Of a DNA stretch of 64,000 nt, positions 1 to 8,900 are shown piece after piece. The translations under genes and the position numbers were made by a program. This DNA comes from a virus (Duplodnaviria; Caudoviricetes), in IMG/VR virus record IMGVR_UViG_3300031577_000195, positions 17,064 to 81,063 of that record. The stretch is one strand, 5' to 3'. Under the pieces are notes generated by a model. It was not told the DNA's origin, searched no databases, and was given only the letters and a program-made list of their open reading frames with translations. Each line of letters begins with the position of its first letter. Positions within the stretch are counted from its first letter, which is position 1.

Positions 1-2334
1 GTAAGAATTGCTACTAGCAGCTGCAAAGCCAGTCACAGAATCCGGCAAAGTATATGTAGCTGTAACACTAGCCGTATCGGAATAATTCCCCGAAGTATCT
101 ACCGCCTTAATGTAGAAAATATATGTCGTAGCGGTACTTATAGAAACAAAAAGACTTGTACTAGAAAGCGTATCAGCTATCAAAGTACAGGCGTCAATAC
201 CTGCATTATCAGTACCTTGCCATATAGAATAACCGGAAATATCATTTTCGTCATTTGCTGTCCAAGTTAGGTTAAATCCACCCGCAGTTTCAGTTGCAGC
301 AAAATCGCTTACAGAATCGGGGGCAACATTTTTACCTGTGATAGTTACGGCATCTGTTATAATCCCACTTGATACCCGTTGCACTGTATTCTCAACCTTG
401 AGTTGAACTATATAGCTATCACCAACAATTACGTTAGAAAATGTATAAGTAGCATCAGTGGTATACCCTGCGAGTGTATAGGTTGAACCACCATCTATAC
501 TATAGTAAACCTTGACTCTACTAAAGTTAGTGTATGTCGGCAATGTATAGTTAACCGTTAGGGTAGAAATTACAGTTCCATCTTTTTGTATATAGTAGTC
601 CTGTGAAGTAGATACATCAGATACATTAGGTACTGTTTCAGTATACGGGCTAGACACTGTTGTATAATTTCCTATGCTTATCTGAGAATCCAATGTGTCA
701 TCATAGATTGAGCTATTGTACTGCTGTGCTTTAATAGTCCATAAGCCCTTGTTTTCAGATATCTCAAGTATTCTAAAAGGGGCAGCATCAAGGACACCAA
801 AGGTTAACGTTATAATATCTCCAGGTTGCAAATGCATTGCCATCGTTGCCGTACTAAAGGTTACAACTCCAGGACATAACCTATTGATTGCCTTATAGAT
901 ACGCCCAAGTCGAAGTGCTTGTCCTTGTGAAGTACAACCCAAGAGGTCAACATCTTTATTTATGATTTTACTTTTGACCTTTTGATCCCCAATGTCATTC
1001 ACAAGTACCTTAATGCCAACCCAATTTTGTCCAGGGTCATAATATTTTATGGTGTACCTGTTGGGTCTATTGTCTAACTCTTCATATTCAAATTTGACAC
1101 TTTTGATTTTAATGTTGGATTCATCAAAGGCATAAGAAACAGACTCAGCCTTTTCTATCCTAAGAGATACCTGATCACCGCTGAAAACTAAAAAACCGCC
1201 AAAGGCGGCAAGCATATCTTGGACATTCTCTATGTGTTTCTTTTGTTCAGCTATGACGAAATTTAGTTTGTACCTTTGTTCAGTTACTTCGATACCATAA
1301 GCATCATAGTATGATATCTGCGTTTCACAATAGTCCGCTACCTCAGAAAAACTATCGTCATCAATCATATCCTCAGTTATCCAACGTCCCATGCCATAAC
1401 GTTTATTTGTAATGTAGTCACGCAAGCAAAGTGCCGGATTATCTGACCAGACAGTTGAGCCATCTCTAGGGTCATATACTTTTTTACCTTTGACTATCGC
1501 AGCTACCGTAGGGTCACTACCGGTTAAATCATCCGATATCGTAAGGCTTGCCCTAACCCATGCGCAATTTTTGTAGCCACCGACAACCTTATAGTTCGAA
1601 GGTGGGTCTTGGTCAGATGCACCATTAGAAAAAGTATACGAACAATCATCAAGTCCATCCATAGAACAACTTACAGGATTGTTGTAGCAGTTTGTAGCTG
1701 AGAATTCATAGATTTCACAAGGATCAGTGTCTACGCCAGCATTATCAGTTATCCTCCAGCCACACCCAAGTTTCTCAATATAGGATATAAGTTCCTGTGT
1801 GTAGCACTCTTGGGGATTCGTTTGGAGGTCTTCAAGATCATCAGCAGTTCTCAAATGTATAGTCGTAGTTGTACCGTTAGCATAAAGGTTTAGATAATCT
1901 CCATTTACCGCTACAGTAGCATCAGTGTAAGCTATGTTTTGGATGCTAAAGAGTACACCAGATGAAATCAAAAGACAGTTTGCAGTTACACCTGTGACAC
2001 CATTAATTTCCCCTTCGCAAAAAATTAAGTCCTTAGTAAGCGACTGCAAATCTGAAGATGCTCTATGATAAGTTTGGATACCACCAAAGAGCCTCTTACC
2101 ATAGATTATAGGAATCATGCTTTCAGAATCTACAGTATTCTGAACGGCATCAAAGGAGTAACTATTGTCAGTGTCTTGGTGCAATGCAGTCCAAATGGTG
2201 GAAGCCAACGATGCACCATAGAGCGCACCTTGGATTGCTGCTTGGCTACCTACAATACCAAAAGCCCCTGGATTCAACGCACCAAAGGCAACACCCGCAA
2301 GTGTCCAAAAGGTTTTACTTTTGCTTTTACCCAA
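1..2334 (-). CDS. Tail tip / host-specificity protein (lambda J-like, FN3-like repeats), 3' end outside window
   Basis: Not in ORF track. Manual translation from TTG at 2334 after RBS GGGAGGTGA: MGKSKSKTFWTLAG...IPIIYGKR...VKGKKVYDPR...WSDNPALCLRDY, typical of central tail fibre proteins; follows the L/M/K-like genes. Confidence 0.85.
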   Translation of the reverse strand, partial: MGKSKSKTFWTLAGVAFGALNPGAFGIVGSQAAIQGALYGASLASTIWTALHQDTDNSYSFDAVQNTVDSESMIPIIYGKRLFGGIQTYHRASSDLQSLTKDLIFCEGEINGVTGVTANCLLISSGVLFSIQNIAYTDATVAVNGDYLNLYANGTTTTIHLRTADDLEDLQTNPQECYTQELISYIEKLGCGWRITDNAGVDTDPCEIYEFSATNCYNNPVSCSMDGLDDCSYTFSNGASDQDPPSNYKVVGGYKNCAWVRASLTISDDLTGSDPTVAAIVKGKKVYDPRDGSTVWSDNPALCLRDYITNKRYGMGRWITEDMIDDDSFSEVADYCETQISYYDAYGIEVTEQRYKLNFVIAEQKKHIENVQDMLAAFGGFLVFSGDQVSLRIEKAESVSYAFDESNIKIKSVKFEYEELDNRPNRYTIKYYDPGQNWVGIKVLVNDIGDQKVKSKIINKDVDLLGCTSQGQALRLGRIYKAINRLCPGVVTFSTATMAMHLQPGDIITLTFGVLDAAPFRILEISENKGLWTIKAQQYNSSIYDDTLDSQISIGNYTTVSSPYTETVPNVSDVSTSQDYYIQKDGTVISTLTVNYTLPTYTNFSRVKVYYSIDGGSTYTLAGYTTDATYTFSNVIVGDSYIVQLKVENTVQRVSSGIITDAVTITGKNVAPDSVSDFAATETAGGFNLTWTANDENDISGYSIWQGTDNAGIDACTLIADTLSSTSLFVSISTATTYIFYIKAVDTSGNYSDTASVTATYTLPDSVTGFAAASSNSY

Positions 2335-2354
2335 TAATAATCACCTCCCTGCCT

Positions 2355-3182
2355 TTACGTTTTAACTGAGTACTGCCAAGGTATAGCCAACATTCCATTG
2401 TAGTTCTTACGGTTCGAATGCCTATCGCAATCAGTTGTTGAACCATCGCATCCTGTTTCGCAACTATAGGAATCACCTTCAGTTGGTGTAGTGTAAAACG
2501 GATACTCAACTGTAATTGAGCCTACAGCACTACTTAAGATTCTCTTAGTCTCAAAGCCGTAAGTCACTGTACCGTTTTTCCAATAGCTTGCAGCTTGAGT
2601 TAAACTTGAGTCATATATGATGTACTGTGTACTACCGCTACCTACAGTTCCTTCTTGGGTTACTTGTTCAGCACCACACTCAACATCATCACCAAACCAA
2701 GCACCACAAGAGAGCATACAGGTTCTACCTGCGTATTGAGTGTTAGTTTTAACCTTAAGTGTCGCTGTAAAGGTACTTGTGGAATAATCCAAGACTGGAG
2801 CGTCAATATACCCGTGAAAGACATACTTATATGAGCTACTATCAGTTAAACTATCAGGATAGGCTATCTGAAATATATCAACGTCATACCCTGTGAAGTC
2901 ATATGATTGTAATAGAGCTGTAGCAAAAGTTTCAGTTACATCAGATATCTTAATGTCTAAATTATCGATTTTACTTGAAGTACTCTGCTTGAAACTCCCA
3001 CGTTCTATTGGTATAGCTTCATAGGTTACCGCTGTTGTTGTATCTGGAATGTACCAATTAATCTCCTTATCGCAAGCAGCATAATAGTTTGTACCTGTAG
3101 GTAACACTAGGCGATAAAGGTCTACAAAGAATACACTAGAAGAATCCTTCATATCCGAAAGTGCTGTTGGTAAGGTTATCAT
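2355..3182 (-). CDS. Tail tip protein (DUF2163 / lambda L-like, Cys-rich)
   Basis: CxxxCxxxxxDxxC and C-terminal GCDG...C motif; position between M-like and J-like genes. Confidence 0.8.
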   Translation of the reverse strand: MITLPTALSDMKDSSSVFFVDLYRLVLPTGTNYYAACDKEINWYIPDTTTAVTYEAIPIERGSFKQSTSSKIDNLDIKISDVTETFATALLQSYDFTGYDVDIFQIAYPDSLTDSSSYKYVFHGYIDAPVLDYSTSTFTATLKVKTNTQYAGRTCMLSCGAWFGDDVECGAEQVTQEGTVGSGSTQYIIYDSSLTQAASYWKNGTVTYGFETKRILSSAVGSITVEYPFYTTPTEGDSYSCETGCDGSTTDCDRHSNRKNYNGMLAIPWQYSVKT

Positions 3183-3550
3183 GAGGTATACACCTTCCGT
3201 AACTTAAGGGTTAAGCTACCATATGCTTGTATGCCGTAACCATCGTCACCAAAGCCAAACTTCTCTTCAATCTCACAAGAGTCTTCGGCAAATCTTACGG
3301 TATGAGTTTCTGCAGCTTCATCTGTCCAATAAAAAAGCACCCCTCCAGGCGCATGAGCATCAAAAAAGGACTTTATCTCAAGCATTTCTGAGTAAAGTCC
3401 CTGAAAGGTTAACTCCCATATAATCACAGGATTAACCGCAAGTTGTTGCACTTGTTCAATTCCATTAGCCATCTCAACACGATTATTGAGTGCCTTATGA
3501 GTTAGCTTGCGGTTTCCATACGGTTTAATTGAAAGCGTATCCAATGGCAT
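3179..3550 (-). CDS. Distal tail protein (lambda M / DUF2460-like)
   Basis: 123 aa with FF..H..G...F.W pattern; tail-tip position. Confidence 0.7.
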   Translation of the reverse strand: MPLDTLSIKPYGNRKLTHKALNNRVEMANGIEQVQQLAVNPVIIWELTFQGLYSEMLEIKSFFDAHAPGGVLFYWTDEAAETHTVRFAEDSCEIEEKFGFGDDGYGIQAYGSLTLKLRKVYTS

Positions 3551-3963
3551 TACTCCTTTCTACGTTTGAATCCAGCGATAAACCCATTGATCCACATCTG
3601 TTTATGCATGATGAAACTACGGTCAGGCATCACCATACCATTCCACTGACGACACCCAGGAGGGAACGTTGATAAAACCTTATTATAATGAAGGAAAATT
3701 GCAAAATGTGACTCTGCTTCAATCTTCATCAACACTAAGTCACCATAGGTTAACTCCCGAACGTCACGAGTTTTATCAAAGTTCTTCAACAGATATCTCT
3801 CGGCTAAAAATGGTGTCTTAAGATACCATTCGTGATCTTTGGGCTTCTCGTATGTCGGAAGGTTCCACCCATGATAATCATAAAATACTCTTACTAATCC
3901 TGCACAGTCGCAGCCATCAACTGTATCACCATTGAAAACATACGGTATCCCTATAAATTCCAT
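3550..3963 (-). CDS. NlpC/P60 tail-tip assembly protein (lambda K-like)
   Basis: GIPY...GCDCAGLV...HFAIF motif. Confidence 0.85.
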   Translation of the reverse strand: MEFIGIPYVFNGDTVDGCDCAGLVRVFYDYHGWNLPTYEKPKDHEWYLKTPFLAERYLLKNFDKTRDVRELTYGDLVLMKIEAESHFAIFLHYNKVLSTFPPGCRQWNGMVMPDRSFIMHKQMWINGFIAGFKRRKE

Positions 3964-3974
3964 TTGTCACCTCC

Positions 3975-4022
3975 ACAGGTTGTCAAGCCTGTATTTAAGA
4001 TTACAGGTTGTCAGTCCTGTAT
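3975..4022. repeat. Two tandem 20-bp inverted-repeat units ACAGG-N8-CCTGT, 28-bp period
   Basis: ACAGGTTGTCAAGCCTGTAT (3975-3994) and ACAGGTTGTCAGTCCTGTAT (4003-4022), directly upstream of the NlpC RBS. Confidence 0.8.
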
Positions 4023-4029
4023 AAAATAC

Positions 4030-4051
4030 AAAAGACCATCCAAGGGTGGTC
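4030..4051 (-). terminator. Probable intrinsic terminator
   Basis: GACCACCC-TT-GGATGGTC hairpin followed by TTTT on the minus strand. Confidence 0.55.
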
Positions 4052-4115
4052 GAATTATTGTCTATATTGTTAAATTGTGGTATTATTTAAGAAAAACTAT
4101 TGGAGTTGACTTATA

Positions 4116-4349
4116 ATGATTGGTCTTAATAACGAAGATGTAATTCAAATAATCAATGATTATCTTAGAGAAAACCAATGGGAAATTGAACAGGCTACGA
4201 CTTTGGCCTTTCCTAAAAGTGATGCGGAAATATTAAATCATAAGTTCGGGACATTTATTGATAAGTTTCTACCTAAGATTATTGCCCAAGTTGTTACTGA
4301 AAATAATACCAAAATTGAACAGTATATTAATGAGAGATTTCAGAAATAG
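4116..4349 (+). CDS. Hypothetical protein (moron)
   Basis: RBS GGAG; TTGTCT/TATTAT promoter-like sequence upstream; opposite strand to virion genes. Confidence 0.6.
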   Translation: MIGLNNEDVIQIINDYLRENQWEIEQATTLAFPKSDAEILNHKFGTFIDKFLPKIIAQVVTENNTKIEQYINERFQK

Positions 4350-4518
4350 CATCAATTAGTTGTTCTTTAGTTTCTTCGCTTGGTTTCTGAAAATATTTAT
4401 CTAAAGCGTCTACAAATGTTATAGCCCTTTGCTTTGCTAACTTTTTTATGTATTCTTCTTGTTCTTTCGAAAAGCCAACTAAAGTAAATTCTCCTTTGTC
4501 ATTTATCATAATTATCAA
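4327..4518 (-). CDS. Small hypothetical protein, possibly ribbon-helix-helix-like
   Basis: 63 aa, short strand then two helices; 3' end overlaps the 4116 ORF. Confidence 0.45.
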   Translation of the reverse strand: MIIMINDKGEFTLVGFSKEQEEYIKKLAKQRAITFVDALDKYFQKPSEETKEQLIDAISEISH

Positions 4519-4528
4519 ATCCTTTCAT

Positions 4529-4591
4529 TGGAGGTCTTAAGATGAAAGCTAAAGTTGTATTTCTAGTGTTATGTCTTATGTTTGTTATGGG
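4529..4591 (+). repeat. 63-bp RBS + signal-peptide direct repeat, copy 1
   Basis: Identical to 5261-5323 except for one base. Confidence 0.95.
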
Positions 4592-5240
4592 GAACAACAG
4601 TGTTTTTGCCTGGAAAGCAACTCCCCGTAGTTATGGTGTTGTTGTAAATAACAATTTAACTGTAGTCGGCATAAACATAAACGGTCCTGCCTATCAAGCA
4701 GGTATACGTCCCGGCGACATTATAGTCAACGCAACAAAAGAACAATTATATACTACTGATGAATCTACAATAAATATTACATATAAAAGAAACGAAGATA
4801 CACATAATACTATTTTAACCAGCAGAAAACTATTAGATATTGCCGAAATGACTACTTTCCTTATTCTCGATTCAGCCAAAACCAACTATGAACGACTAGT
4901 AAAAACACTAACCTTCCATCCAGTTATTTCCCCCTTATTCCCTATTCAAAGCGCAGACAGCAACCTTAAAATATTAAGCACGTTTGGGACATCCACAAGA
5001 AAGAATGTTCAAAACTTTCCCGATTACATTGTGTCAGTAGGTGGGAGCGGCTTTGGTTTTACAACGCTTAAAACTCAAGGTAACTTTGCACTAGCAGATA
5101 ACGGTAATAACAGTCTCTTTAAAGTAAACTTAGGATTCCAGGCTGAATGGTCTCATTTAGGGGGACAGTCATGGGCTAATTTTCCTTCTTCTGGTATATT
5201 AGAGCGTAAGGTAGTAGAAAGTTTATATGATAATCCTTAA
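4542..5240 (+). CDS. Exported PDZ-domain protein (moron)
   Basis: N-terminal signal peptide; V.G...NGPAYQAGIRPGDIIV PDZ signature. Confidence 0.75.
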   Translation: MKAKVVFLVLCLMFVMGNNSVFAWKATPRSYGVVVNNNLTVVGININGPAYQAGIRPGDIIVNATKEQLYTTDESTINITYKRNEDTHNTILTSRKLLDIAEMTTFLILDSAKTNYERLVKTLTFHPVISPLFPIQSADSNLKILSTFGTSTRKNVQNFPDYIVSVGGSGFGFTTLKTQGNFALADNGNNSLFKVNLGFQAEWSHLGGQSWANFPSSGILERKVVESLYDNP

Positions 5241-5260
5241 AGATGTAGAATAAACCACCG

Positions 5261-5323
5261 TGGAGGTCTTAAGATGAAAACTAAAGTTGTATTTCTAGTG
5301 TTATGTCTTATGTTTGTTATGGG
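5261..5323 (+). repeat. 63-bp RBS + signal-peptide direct repeat, copy 2
   Basis: See 4529-4591. Confidence 0.95.
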
Positions 5324-5906
5324 TAGCTGTTGGGCTATGACCAGCACTGATATTCAAGAAGCAATCCGAATTGGATACATTGCTGCTGACGACAAAAAAG
5401 ATTTTGTGTACAACCAAAAGGATTCCGACAGAATCTATGCTGGCCTGGATATGCAATATAGAGCAGATGCATTTCTAATGTTTCCACAATCAACCGTGGC
5501 TACCTACGCACTAAAAACCAAAAAGAATTATATGAAACTAGATGACACCAAAGCGGCTCAATATTCAAACCTATATACTTTAGGTGTAACTTATACAATT
5601 CAATTTAAAGACAAAATACAACAAGTAGTAAATCCAAGGGTTGTAGCCCTGCAAGATGATAAGGTTATTGAACCATGCGAACTTATCTATGGTGATGTTC
5701 AGGTTAACCATGACATGTGGGGTAAAGCACTTTACGGCTATGGCGTAACTGCCAGATTCAATGCTAATGACATAGATACAAATAAAGCACTAACTATAAA
5801 GGTTATAAGCACATCATCAAGAGAACTAACTTTTAGATATGATCTTTCTAACAGCAACAATGCCTATAAATCTACTAGAAATGATTATAAGTTTAAAGAG
5901 GGCTAA
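5274..5906 (+). CDS. Exported hypothetical protein (moron)
   Basis: Near-identical signal peptide to the 4542 ORF; unrelated mature part. Confidence 0.75.
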   Translation: MKTKVVFLVLCLMFVMGSCWAMTSTDIQEAIRIGYIAADDKKDFVYNQKDSDRIYAGLDMQYRADAFLMFPQSTVATYALKTKKNYMKLDDTKAAQYSNLYTLGVTYTIQFKDKIQQVVNPRVVALQDDKVIEPCELIYGDVQVNHDMWGKALYGYGVTARFNANDIDTNKALTIKVISTSSRELTFRYDLSNSNNAYKSTRNDYKFKEG

Positions 5907-5918
5907 TTAGCCCTCTTT

Positions 5919-8900
5919 TTATACGCTATAACCCAAGTTTCTCATTCGTGATATCTGTGAATATAAGTCATCATCTGACTGAGCCTGTTGCATTACTATA
6001 GGTTGAGTCGTAGTATTACCTTTACTACTTTGCTTATTGAGTATTTCAAGTATCATTTGATTTTGTGTCATAAGCAAATTATTAGTACTCTCTATCGCAG
6101 CTATATGTTCCTGAGATTGCTTAAGATTAACCGATAGTGAGTTATTATTTTTTAATGTTTCTTGTGTTTTTTCGCTCAAATAAGGGGCAACTTGAGTACC
6201 CTTGTTAAGCATTCCCAATGCTTGTGCCGATTGCATAACTAGTGACTGACCTCTAGATTGATCCGTAAGAGGGATTACAGCTTCGGCTTTGTTGCCTTCG
6301 TTAAGAGTAGCTACATGTTCTTGATTGAAGATACCACCGTCTTCATGAGCGAACAAAGGTACTGCTTTAGACAGTAAGTTCCACCAGTTAGAACTATTTG
6401 ATGAACTAGTCTGCAGTTTCCTCTTTCGCTGATCTTCAGCTATCTTTTGGCTTTCGCTTAATGTGCCTGACTGAAGCCCTTCAGAAGATGTGTCAGAATT
6501 ACTAAAACTAGGTACATCAATATTAGCTAAATTCAACCAAGCCGGTTTAGATTCTTCAGCCGTTGCACTATCGGCAGATATACTTGGCTTATTCAATAGA
6601 GGCTGTATATCTGCTCCTAATGCTGACACTGTATTGGTGTTCACTGATTTCCTATTGTTATCAGTAACGGCTACTGGCTGAAGTCCTTTATGTTTATTAC
6701 CTGAAGCAAATCCAGTCCAGTCTTCAGTGTTGAAATCAACAGACGAGTAGTCTTGCTTAGTGCCTGACGAACCACCGAACCATTTATTCGATAGTTTAGT
6801 TAGCCAACTTACATTTGTATTTTCAACCCCCATAAGTGCTTTAAGAGCATCTTCAGCCATTTGTGACCAAAGATTTTTTAATGTATCTTTAAACTTATTG
6901 CCTTTAAGTAAAACCTTATCGGTTAAATCGTACCAGCCATCAAGTATAGCCTTATTTTTCTCCTGTTCATAGTTTTTGATTTCTTGGTCAGCCTGAAGTA
7001 CAACTAACTTTTGCTTCTCCATAGCTTCTTTAGCTGCATCAATTTTCTCTTGATATTTTTTTCTTTCGTCAGATTGCTCTTTGTCTGTTTTAAGTTCTCC
7101 CTTTTCGTTATACGCGCTGATATTGTTGTAAGCTTCAAGAGTATCTTCATAATCACTAGTCTTCTTGTCAAGTAACCCTTGCTGTATCCCCCGTTGTTCC
7201 CTAGCGTACTTAAGATTACTATCGGACATCTTCATAGACTTAAATGGACTAGTGCTATCTTTATAACCCAACTTTTCCATCTCTTGTCTACGTTTGCTTG
7301 CCTCAAGTTGCCTATTGAGAACTTGTTCTGTACTGTAATAGCCAGCGGTATCCAGTTGAATCAAGGAGTTCTTCTGCTTGCTAATTTCTTTAGTTGTACT
7401 TGAAATTTGCTCTTGAATCTTAATCCACATTTGGTAAATTTGCTGTGTAACTTGGCTTTCCGAAAGTAATTCACTATGGTCTTGGTTCAGTTCCTTTTGA
7501 CCCTTTTTACTAAGTTTACTGAAGTCTACATCTTTAAACTCAGGCATATTTTTCTCTAATTCCGCGAGTTGCCAACGAAGGTCATTCTCAAGTTGCGTTA
7601 AAGTACCTTTTGATGCTTCTGTTCCTAATGTTTTATCCGAGCCTACTGTTTCGCTTAGTTTTCTGATTTGCTCTTGAGTAGCCATACGTTTGTCTAGCCA
7701 AGTTTCAGCAGATTTACCTTGAAGATTTTCTTTAGTAGCTATATTATCAAGAGCTATAGCATAATCATCAGCAGTTTGCTTAAGTTTTAAGTTTATGTTT
7801 GCCTCTTGTTGCTTGAAGGCTAAAAGCTGAAGTTTCTCTTGGGTTAACTTAGTGTTGTCTATAGGATCTATTGAAGTACGTTTTTTAGGTGGAGTATCTT
7901 CAACTGTGCCAGTATCGTGAATATCGTCAATCTTAGTTCCCTCTTGTGCTTTTATACGTGCTACTTCATTTGCAGCTTTCGTTATAATCTGGTTTTGTTC
8001 TGTTTGGGCAGAAACCAGCCCGTCAGCTAAATCTTGAGCTGATTTTTTCTCTTGGTTTATAGCATTTTGTTTATTTTGGTCAGCAAACATAGTTCCAAAC
8101 TGACCTCCATAACCAATCATACCTAATTTTGTCCAACCATTATCAGCCGCTACAACAGTTTGTTTGTCAGCTTCATTTTTAGCTTTTAAATCAGCTAATC
8201 GAGTTAACCCTAATTGACGATATATTTCTATTTGTTTTTCTGCTTCAGTAGCTAACCCTTGAGTTTCTTGTTGGATTGCCTTTAGTCTTTGTTTGGCTTG
8301 GTCAGCAACCTCCATAGAATGATCTACAATCGCCTTTCGTTCTTCTTGTAGTTGTTCAGTTAAAGTTTTCTTTTTATCATTCATTTTAGCTATTTCAACA
8401 TCAATTTGTTGACCAACATCAGCACTATTTTTTATACGTTGTATAGCTTCTTCGCCTAGCATTGAAGTCAAAGCATGTTCTGTAGTTGCTATTTTTTCGT
8501 CGTTAGCCTTAATTTTATCCGCAACATTTAACCCTTGCGCCCTTTGTTCCTCAAGTTGTTTTTGTTGCTCAGTTAGTCTTTGGTATGCATCTTTAAGTTC
8601 ATTTGCAAATTTTATCCTACTTTCGTTTAAGCCAAGTTCAGCTTCAGTAGCACTTGCTTTATCCTCAAGGCGTGCGTTTTCTTTTTCGACTGCAGATGTT
8701 AATTCTTGTGTTTGCTTTACTGCCTCTGCCGATTGAGTATTGAATAAAGCATAAGCTGTAGTTCCAGCAATTATTAACGGTATTAATAAGTTTAATCCAC
8801 CAGTAGAAATTGTTCTAGCAATCGCAAGCGCACGTTCAGCCATAGTTAATTCTACAGTAGCCACAGCCTCGGCTTCTTTAGCTCCTGTGGCTACTGTAGT

